Origin: Octopus bimaculoides
Taxonomy: Eukaryota
Length of the DNA: 58,566 nucleotides
Reading direction: 5' to 3'
Assembly: GCF_001194135.2 (NCBI RefSeq)
Contig: NC_068991.1
Coordinates: forward strand, 71,842,577-71,901,142
Shown in pieces: positions 48,656 through 58,566 of this stretch. Made by a program: the position numbers and the translations under genes. Every line of letters starts with the position of its first letter. The stretch's first letter is position 1. The notes below the pieces were generated by a model. That model saw nothing but the letters and a program-made list of their open reading frames with translations. It made no database searches and was not told where the DNA came from.

Positions 48656-50022
48656 TACATTAACAAATATTAAGCCAAAAATGCTATAGAGTATATCAAT
48701 AGATTTTTACCTGTTGTTGCATCTATAATTAATTCAACTTATTACATACATTAAGCAATTAAAAATATTTGTTGTGTTCGTACAACATCACCATAGACAC
48801 AACAAGAGGGATTGACTGGATAATAGTTTCAAGTATCATTACACTCTCATCAGTAATCATTTACCTTAACTGCTACAATACAATTATATTTAACCCTTTT
48901 GTTAGCAAGCTGCCTGTGATCACTCCTGGTTCCAGAATACAAACTCCTTATTTTAATGAGCTCTGTGTTAAAACCTTCCATCAAAATGTCATGTTATGTC
49001 CCAAAGACCAGTTTAATGATGATGAGTTTACTGAATTTTTCATTATTTTCAGAAATAATTGAAACAAACACTGTGTATTTCAACAGAAATATTATAGCAA
49101 AAAGATTAAAGCCATTGTTATTAGGCTCATGAGTAAATGAGGTTAACTGAGTCAAATACTTAACACAATTTTTATTGTTAGTTCTGTTAAGATGATCCAG
49201 CAGTGTTTATTTTTCATACTAAACTTTACTATGATGTATATCCATACATTTTAGCTATCTCTGTATTTATAAGATAATGTAATTCATTAGATATATTATG
49301 CAATTTAGGTAGGGTAACCAATTAGTGATGAAAGCATAATGGTACTTGAAATGATTGTCCAATCAATCCGTTTCTTCTTGTCTATAGTGAAGTTGCATAA
49401 ACATAACAGATGTGTAAGATTGTCTAACGTATCTAATATATATAATTAATTAAATGGAGATTATGACTGTCATTTAGACCAATGAAATATCAATCATGTA
49501 GAGTAGTGGTTCTCAAACTTTACAATACCAAGAATGTATTTTTCAACAAACTCTCAGATTTTTGAAAGCGCCGTCCACTCAATAAGTTGGTTTTATTATA
49601 GCTTGACATCTTGTCCAGAAGAGCCCTGTCTTGTAGCGGTTCCGTTACAGAACAGAAATGAATGATAAAGGAAGGGATTAGAGGTTTCTCTCTATAGAGT
49701 CCCTCACTTTCTTAAGAATGAATGTAAACAAGGTTAGTACAAATCTTGTGATATCATATGTTTCAGCACTGGTTGACCAATGCAGTCTGCATAGTACTAT
49801 ATCATACACGACATTAAAGGGTTAGAAACATGTTTTCTTAGTTTCATCTCTCATTTAAAAGACATGTATATAACCGAATAATTATACATAGCTGAGAAAT
49901 TATATATTTTACATTGTAGTATTGTCAAATTTTAATAGTGGTTCATGAACCACCAGGTGACCCCATGGGGGTGAAATACTAGTGTAGACACACTTTTGTT
50001 GCTTCAGTGGTAAAGCACTCAC

Positions 50023-50044
50023 CTCCTGTGAGTTTATACTGTTT
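50023..50044 (-). CDS. Candidate 22-nt exon (KQYKLTG+), possibly upstream of the SOD-like exon
   Basis: Donor GAG|gtgagt, acceptor gttctgcacag. Splicing gives KLTGDCYLESIIGR (cf. SOD1 SLSGDHCIIGR). The region also resembles a decayed SINE head. Confidence 0.25.
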
Positions 50045-50744
50045 CTGTGCAGAACACTATATTCTACATTACCTCAATTCATCCTATCAATCGTAACAGA
50101 TACCAGCAGATCATTTGGGAATATTACCTGTGATAGAATGACATTCTATCCAGAGTAGGGAAGAAAAAAATATCTCCCATTTCTTCAACAACATGCCAGG
50201 TAACTGGAGCTTATTACTCTACCATTAACATACATGTCGAGGCTTAAAAAGCATTTATATTTTTTTTTCCAGTGCCCAAAGTATCACTTTCCAGAGTAAA
50301 GCAAGCAGTAGTTTGCAATCTACCAATGTTGATGGTTAATTAATAAAATTAGATCCAGCAGAATTATAATAAACACAGAGCAGGAAACGAGATGATGATT
50401 TAATCTTTTAATTACGGTTGTTTTTAAGTCTCCCTACAGATTAAAGTGCTTATCTTATTTCAATTCTTGAATTATGCAACAAAAAACTAATAAAACGCTG
50501 ATTCCATAAATAAAATTAATTTACCATTTCTTATGCGATGAAGAGAAGGAAAATCACTATGGCTGTGTGGTTGAGAAGATTTTCTCTTAACAGGGACAAG
50601 TGTCCTCTACTATGGCCCTGGGCCAACCAAATCCTCATCAGTGGACTTGGTAGATGAAAACTGGAAGAAATCTGGGACTGAACTTGAAACAGTGCAGCTG
50701 CAAAGTGAACTTTTTAGCCCCACAATTATGTCAGCCCCTGCAAG

Positions 50745-50783
<39 letters not shown>

Positions 50784-52209
50784 GGGTTTGTTCACACTGA
50801 TGTTATTTGAGTGAGGGTTACACTTCTTTACAGCCCCCACAAACAATACATCCCATAGCTCAGCAATTTTGTCAGTTTCATCATGTGAAGATCGATAGGA
50901 AATATGAATTCTTTACTTGAAAATCAAAGAAAGGTTGGTAATAAGAAGGGCATCAGGCCATGAAAAATGCTTCAATAACACTCTGCCAATTTATGCTTGT
51001 ATGGATAAAGCAGGTGCAAAAACAAATATGATGATGATGATGATGACAGCAATGATGGTGATGATGATGATGACGACAACGATGACGACAATGATGATGA
51101 CAACACCTAGGACAATGATGACAATGACAACAACTACGATGGCGATGATGATGATGACAACAACGATGATGACAACAGCTATGATGATGACGACGATGAC
51201 AACAACTAAGACAACAACAATGATGATGACAACAACTAAGACAACAATGATGATGACAATGATGATGATGACGACAACTACGATGATGATGACGGCAACT
51301 ACAATGATGATAACGAACAACTATGATGACGACAATGACAATGATGATGATGACAACGGCAATGATGACAATGATGATGATGACAACGACGACAATGATG
51401 TAAGTGATGGTGATGATGATGATGNNNNNNNNNNNNNNNNNNNNNNNNNNNNNNNNNNNNNNNNNNNNNNNNNNNNNNNNNNNNNNNNNNNNNNNNNNNN
51501 NNNNNNNNNNNNNNNNNNNNNNNNNNNNNGATGACAACGGCAATGATGACAATGATGATGATGACAACGACGACAATGATGTAAGTGATGGTGATGATGA
51601 TGATGAATTCCTCTGGAGAGTCAATCCGAGCATATCAGATTTCTTGTGGTGGGGGGGGGGCTATAAATACGAGCCAACAATAAAATCTCTATGTAGCTGC
51701 TTGACCTATCAGAAGTAGCAATTAAGTCACCCTCAAATCAGACCCTACCATCTCAAAACCATTTTGATACTAATCTGTCTGAGACAGCTCTTTGTTCTAT
51801 CATAAAAGAAGCCTCTTGTTTCTTAAAAAACATGTTTAAAATTTAATCTTTTTATCATAATTTATGAAAGGACCTTTTCATCATCATCATCATCATCGTC
51901 ATCATCATCATCATACATCCACTTTCCCATGCATGTATGGGTTGGATGAACATCTGAGAATGGAAAACCCGAGAACAGTAGTAGTAGCAGCTGTAGTAGT
52001 AGCAGCAGTAGCCGTAGTAGCAGCTGTAGTAGTAGCAGCAGTAGCCGTAGTAGCAGTAGTAGTAGCAGTAGTAGTAGTAGTAGCAGTAGCCGTAGTAGCA
52101 GTAGTGGCAGTAGTGGTAGTAGCAGCTGTAGTAGTAGCAGCAGTAGTTGTAATGTTTTTCTAAAGGCCAGCTGTTTTGAGTGGATGAGGAATTTGAATGG
52201 ACCAGTCAA

Positions 52210-53300
52210 TTACATCAATCCTGGTACTTGACCCCTCCACAAAAAATTAAAGGCAAAGTTGACCTGGGAGGAATTTGAACTCAGAATATTAAGAACTGGA
52301 AGAAACGCTGCTGAGTATTTTGCCCAACATGTGAGATAACAATAATGATAATAATAATAAAAATAACAGTAAGTATTTCTAGTTTAGTCACAAGGCCAGC
52401 AATTTTGAGGGGAAGGGGTTGACTGGTATTTTATTGCTCTTGAAAGACCAAAAGCTAAAGTTGACCTTGACTGGATTTGAACCCAGGATGGAAGAAATAC
52501 TGCTGAGCTTGACACTTCTGCTAATTCATTCTTTTCTACTCTAGGCACAAGGCCCGAAATTTTGGGGGGGAGGGGGAGGGGGGGCAGTCGATTAGAATGA
52601 CCCAAGTACGCAACTGGTACTTAATTTATTGACCCTGAAAGGATGAAAGACACAGTCGACCTCGGTGGAATTTGAACTCCGAATGTAAAGACAGACGAAA
52701 TACCACTAAGCATTTCGCCCAGCGTGCTAACGTTTCTTATTTCTTTATTGCCCACAAGGGGCTAAACATAGAGGGGACAAACAAGGACAGACAAAGGGAT
52801 TAAGTCGATTACATCGACCCCAGTGCGTAACTGGTACTTAGTTTATTGACCCCGAAAGGATGAAAGGTAAAGTCGACCTTGGCAGAATTTGAACTCAGAG
52901 CATAGCAGCAGATGAAATACCTCTAAGCGTTTCACCCGGCGTGCTAACGTTTCTGCCAGCTCGCCACCACTTCTGTTAAGTCATTACCATCATGATGATG
53001 ATGATGATGATGACATTATTACTAACTCCATAAGGCGGTGAGCTGGCAGAATCGTTAGCATGCCAGATGGAATGCTTAGCGGTATTTCATTTGTCTTTAT
53101 GTTCCGAGTTCAAATTCTGCCATGGTCGACTTTGCCTGTCATCCTTTCGGGGGTCGATAAATTAAGTACCTGTTGCGTACTTGGGTCGACCGTACTTTCA
53201 GGATTGTTAAATTAAGTACCAGTTAAACACTGGGGTCAATGTAATCGACTACTCCCCCTCCCCCAAATTACAGGAGTTGTGCCTTCAGCAGAAAGGATTA
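52210..53300. mobile_element. Family C SINE cluster: two decayed copies (-), a dimer at 52525-52970 (-), and a copy at 53030-53300 (+)
   Basis: Repeated Meta-domain and B-box motifs, CpG-decayed. Confidence 0.85.
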
Positions 53301-54301
53301 CTACTAACGCCATGTACACTCTGATCGGATGGAATAATCTTCCTGGCATGACTATCCTATCTTTTTTTCTTTTTACATGCATAAAGTATCTGCTCCTAAC
53401 TAAACAAGCCAGCGTGTCGCTTCTAACTTAAAAACAATAGGGCATGATTTGAAGAAGATTTGCCTGCTATTTCTAGCAGATCTAGCAACCATTTACAGAT
53501 CTTGCTCTTTCCAGCTTAATTAATCATGATAATAATAATAATAATAATAGTAATAATAATAATAATAATAGCAACAACAACAATAATAAGTAGGTGTAAA
53601 AAAAAAGTAAAAACTACAAAGAACTTTCTGTTTTTGTCATTAGCAAATCCTTGCTTTGGCTAAGCTCAAGAAGGAAGAAGAGAAAATTGGGGGGGGGGGG
53701 AGAAGTGAAAGAAAGAGAGAAAAAATAGGAAGGGAGAGTGAGGGGGAAAGCGGAAGAGCAGGAGAAAGATCATTCTGCTTACTGTTCAAAACATTAAACA
53801 AGAACTGTAGGAGGTGATTATAAACACCTAATTAAAACGTTCATTTTGACTACTCTAGACTGGCTTAGTATTAACGATTGACAGTCTGCATCAGATGATG
53901 AATAACTTTTGTCTTCAAACATTGAAAGCAAAGTTATTTTCATTTTTGTCGGTGGCCATACCACAAGTTGTGTTTCAGCTAAAATTATCCAAAGTCTCTC
54001 TCTATTTAGAAAGAGTTTTTTTGAAAAAAGCTTCTGTAAATATTGGCAAAGCTTTTAGATAGAACATGTACAGCAAGACTATTATTAATACTCTAAGTTT
54101 AACCCATTGGCATTTAAACCAGCGAGATCCGGCCCAAATATGCTGCCTGTTTTATATTCAAACTAGTCAGATCCGGCCTCTAACATTTACTGCACAGTGT
54201 TATTCTAAAAATAAGCAATCTCATCGTTGAAATCCTGGAGCTACAAGATGATGCATGGTTAATTCAAAACAGTGTGAATGAATAAGCATTACATTTGACC
54301 A

Positions 54302-54678
54302 GTGGAGGCGCAATGGCCCAGTGGTTAGGGCAGTGGACTCGCGGTCATAGGATCGCGGTTTCGATTCCTAGACCGGGCGTTGTGAGTGTTTATTGAGCGA
54401 AAACACCTAAAGCTCCACGAGGCTCTGGCAGGGGATCCTGGCGAACCCTGCTGTACTCTTCCACCACAACTTTCTCTCACTCTTACTTCCTGTTTCTGTT
54501 GTGCCTGTAAGTCAAAGGGTCAGCCTTGTCACACTGAATATCCCCGAGAACTACGCTAAGGGTACACATGTCTGTGGAGTGCTCAGCCACTTGCACGTTA
54601 ATTTCATGAGCAGGCTGTTCCGTTGATTGGATCAACTGGAACCCTCGACGTCGTAAGCGACGGAGTGCCAACAACAAC
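54302..54678 (+). mobile_element. Full-length family B (OR-type) SINE
   Basis: GTGGAGGCGCAATGGCCCAGTGG head through ..GGAGTGCCAACAACAAC tail. Confidence 0.85.
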
Positions 54679-55139
54679 GTTTGACCAAGTATTCTGAATA
54701 CTAAAGAATTAACATTGCTTTTCGTCCCTCTTGGGTTAATAAAATTAATTACCACTCAAGTGCTGTGCTCAGTGGTATTGACTAGCTTTTTCACCCTTCG
54801 AGATTGTTGGTGATAGCAGTAGTAGTAGTAGTAGTAGTAGTAGTATGGAGGCATGCACTGTAACAGCACATCACTGCATCTGCTGTTCTTTGGTGATTCC
54901 CTATTCCTGGTAGATGGCACTTTGCATCACTCAAGCAACAACCCTCCAACCCATGGGTAGTCCATTGTTGGTGAAGGTTTTATGAGGTTGCTCTACAAAT
55001 CCTACCTCAGCTTCTTTTAGTCACCTTCTACAACACACGAAGGAAACATTGGGTCTATTCTTTAAGATACTGGTCCCCATATAGCATAATTGTTGGTCTT
55101 GTGCCTAAATCAGAAACCATTATTTAACTCTTTGGCTTA

Positions 55140-55490
55140 TAGATTTCGCTATCAAAGGTGAGGGTATTGTTTTCGGTCATCTTTGTTTGTTTGTCGGTGG
55201 ACAACATATCTCAAGAACCACTGCATGGAATCAGATGAAACTTTCAGGGATGTTTGGCTTCGTGACTGGCATGAACTGATTAGATTTGGGGATCAATCCG
55301 GTACCAGACAAGGATTCTGGATTATTTATACTATCTTTTTACTTAATTTATGAGAGCAGTCCTGTTCATTTTTAGTATTCTCATTTGTGAGAGCAGTTAA
55401 GTTTATTTCAGATATTCTCACTTTAAAATTAATCTCCGGCTAATCATTGAGAGGACGTTGGTGTTGCCTTGACGGAGGTTGTGCTCTTGT
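55140..55490. mobile_element. Non-autonomous DNA-type element (..gttttcggtc..tttgtttgtttgtc..gatgaaactttcaggg..ccttgacggagg..)
   Basis: Resembles, from memory, a repeat type common in aquatic animal genomes that ends CCTTGGCGGAGG. Superfamily not assigned. Confidence 0.4.
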
Positions 55491-56258
55491 TCACATTCTT
55501 TTGAATTAATCGCGTATTACCTTGCAGCTTTGGAGTTTTAATACAGTTCTATATTTAAGAGATGAGGAATTATGTACATTATTTACATTTGAGTTTTGGT
55601 TATCTGATTTTTGATTTTTAGAATGACATTGTAGGGTAGATGTGAGAGGCTGGATCTGGCTGGTTTTAATATAAAATAGGTAGAAAATATTAACCAGTTA
55701 AGACCAGTTGAAACGCTAAATGGTTAATGTGATGAATTAGTTGAATCATTAGAATGTTAGTAAAAGTGAATTGGTTAAAAGAAAATACAGGAGGATCAGT
55801 TAATTATGATTTCATTCAGCATAGCCCCTTCTCAGATTCACACACATATTGCCATGGTCCTTTAGTTTTTTGAAGCCCTGTAAAAGAACTCAAAAGGTTG
55901 GATGATCCTCTCTTGCTGTAAATCGGGGACTACACTATCCAATCTATCTTTTCTTTTGCTTTTGGAGGTGAGAGTGTGACTTGAGAGAGATTTGGTTGTT
56001 ATTTCTTGTAGGACATTGACCATGTAGAGACTCTCGTTGTGAATTTGTCAGAGAGAGTGAGAGAGAGGGAGAAGCCTTGTGTACATGGGTTAGATTTCTA
56101 ACATCAGCTTAAATGTCTTCACCTAAACACTGCTTTAAAACGTGTAAATATATATTTACAGTTTTTAATCCTAGTTTATCCATCGAATTTATATTTGGTT
56201 GCATATTTATGCTTGTATCTGCATATTATAGTCATCATTTTACTTCCAGTTTCCATGT

Positions 56259-56312
<54 letters not shown>

Positions 56313-56483
56313 AACATATATGTGTGTGTGTGTGTGTTTATATGTATGTACAGCATTCACATATATATATATACACATACACACACTCACATATATACAC
56401 ATATATATATGGATATATGTGTAGAGATAGATATATATATATATATATGTATACATAAACATGTGCACACAGACACACACACA

Positions 56484-56519
<36 letters not shown>

Positions 56520-56708
56520 GTGTGAAGGAAAAGCAGTCCATCCCACCATTTGAAGTAATATTTTGTAGCAAAAGGAATGATTACTTGTGTGTATGCATGT
56601 GTCTATATATGTTTGTGTATATCTGTGCGCATGTGTGTGTATGTATCTGTATGTTTGTGTACGTGTGCTTATATGTGGGTCTATAACTGCTTTTATGCAT
56701 ATATATAT

Positions 56709-56745
<37 letters not shown>

Positions 56746-57485
56746 TGTGTGTTGATATATGTATGTGCTTGTTTATAAATGTATCTGTTTAAATGTGTAC
56801 GTGTGTATCAGTTTGTGTGTTGCTGTTTAACCTTAGGCCAGCCCTGACCGAGAAGATTCAATCATGATTAAAGACAGTCCAGCCATGATCATCCATCCCA
56901 TTTATTTCCTGCATGCAACACCACATTATCCAACCATGTGCTTTTCTAAGATAGCATGGTGTGAATTATGAGAAATCTGACTGTTATTTCAAATAGAACT
57001 AAGATCAACCCAGCACACACACAAATTCATATGCATGTATGTGCACACTCACAAACACGCACACACATTGGCTTACATTCATATGTGTATACTGGAAACA
57101 AAGGTGAGGTAGCTCTCCTAGAAAGAAGACCTGAAAAAACAGCAAAGAAGACAATGAAAGAAGCAAGAATGAAACCCCCACTAAAACAAATATATCCACA
57201 GCAAGAACATTAAACTATTGTATATAATGTTTCTTACATAGGTTGTTATGTACTTATGGAAATGCATTTGTTGTCTGTTGCCCCTTGGGAAAGATCTTGA
57301 CTTAAAATAACACTGTTCTGGTGGTTTGACTTTCACTCTGGTTTGTCTAAAAAACATCTTGTTGTATACTATACATTATTCTCAAGTGGATGGGGATAAA
57401 TATCAGAAAAAAATATAAATATAAAAGAAGCAGAGGGTGGAAAAGATGTGAATTGTTAAATAACTCTTATAGTTTACAGCTGATA

Positions 57486-57577
<92 letters not shown>

Positions 57578-57871
57578 CTTGTGAAGGATTTCTTGTGTGT
57601 GTGTATATATATATGTGCACGTGTGTTTAATGTCTGCATATGTAGTGATGCGTTTCAGAATGTGTTATGTATGTGTATACGTATTATACAGGCTAAATGT
57701 ATGCGTTTGTTTGCATCTGTATTGATGCATTTAATAAGTCTATGTACATGTATGTGGTGTGCATTCATGCATTTAATAAAGCTTATAGGTTTGTGTGTGT
57801 TTGTATGTATATGCATGCATTTGTGTAGTGTTTGGGACTTATATCCTCTGTATTTATGTGGATATTATAAA

Positions 57872-57921
<50 letters not shown>

Positions 57922-58164
57922 ATGTATGTATGCACTTGTTGGTCTCATGTGCACTCTGTGTATGTGGATGTTATATGAACTCTGTGTATGTGTGTGTGTG
58001 CTTGTTTGTTTAATAGACTGCTTCTGTGTGTATGGTTGTGTGTTGTCTTTGGATGCCTTTCATCTTTCTGGGGTCAATAAAATAATGTAACACTAAAGTG
58101 TTAAGTTTCATACCATCAACTTAACCACTTCTACAAAATTGCAAGCCTTTTGTATAAATTAGAA

Positions 58165-58204
<40 letters not shown>

Positions 58205-58206
<2 letters not shown>

Positions 58207-58308
58207 ATTGAAGCAGCAAGCTGGCAGAATTGTTAGCATGCCGGATGAAATGCTTGGCAGCATTTCATCCATCTTTTTATGTTCTGAGTTCAAATTCCAC
58301 CAAGGTTG
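58205..58308 (+). mobile_element. Family C SINE head, interrupted by the RTE insertion
   Basis: GCAAGCTGGCAGAATTGTTAGC..GAGTTCAAATTCCACCAAGGTTG, followed by an abrupt switch to RT sequence. Confidence 0.8.
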
Positions 58309-58566
58309 CGAATCAATTTAGATGAGATGCAGTTTGGGTTCGTGCCAGGTAAAAGCACTACTGATGCCTTATTTCTAGTGAGACAGCTGCAGGAGAAATA
58401 CCTAGCTAAGGATAAACCTGTGTACCTGGCTTTCGTTGACATGGAGAAAGCCTTTGACAGGGTCCACCGATCTCTTATCTGGTGGTCAATGAGGAAACTT
58501 GGGATAGAAGAATGGTTAGTGAGAGCTGTGCGAGCCATGTACAGAGATGCTGCCAGTAAGGTGAGG
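58309..58566 (+). mobile_element. 5'-truncated RTE (BovB-like) LINE, reverse-transcriptase domain, running off the window
   Basis: Uninterrupted 86-codon frame RINLDEMQFGFVPGKSTTDALFLVRQLQEKYLAKDKPVYLAFVDMEKAFDRVHRSLIWWSMRKLGIEEWLVRAVRAMYRDAASKVR, with non-LTR RT motifs QxGF, STxD and FVDxxKAFDRV. Confidence 0.95.

Noticed and set aside
53783-57130. Minus-strand candidate exons 57077-57130, about 53959-53975 and 53783-53804
   Set aside because: They have plausible splice motifs, but no consistent phase links them to the SOD-like exon and they fall within chance expectation.

Overview
AT-rich, repeat-dense eukaryotic DNA with about 4 kb of N-gaps. The repeat complement points to an octopus genome (inference): tRNA-derived SINE families including OR-type and Meta/MESC-domain SINEs, RTE LINE pieces, Tc1/mariner, hAT and piggyBac-like MITEs, and abundant microsatellites. 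No ORF-track entry is a complete host gene; most are gap read-through or microsatellite translations. Only transposon coding remnants are confidently recognisable (RTE reverse transcriptase, mariner-type transposases). Host genes appear only as short candidate exons: a minus-strand chain at 11.6-19.5 kb and a minus-strand terminal exon with a Cu/Zn-SOD/CCS-like C-terminal motif at 45.1 kb. SINE CpG content drops sharply at about 21 kb, consistent with a methylated gene body to the right of a CpG-retaining promoter-like patch. The most notable structure is a minimal type I hammerhead ribozyme with an extended stem I, embedded in a 178-bp near-perfect foldback (15.2-15.7 kb), plus variant hammerhead-like motifs elsewhere. 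Repeat boundaries were read by eye and are approximate (about 10-20 bp) unless TIR, TSD or splice sites are quoted. No database searches were run.
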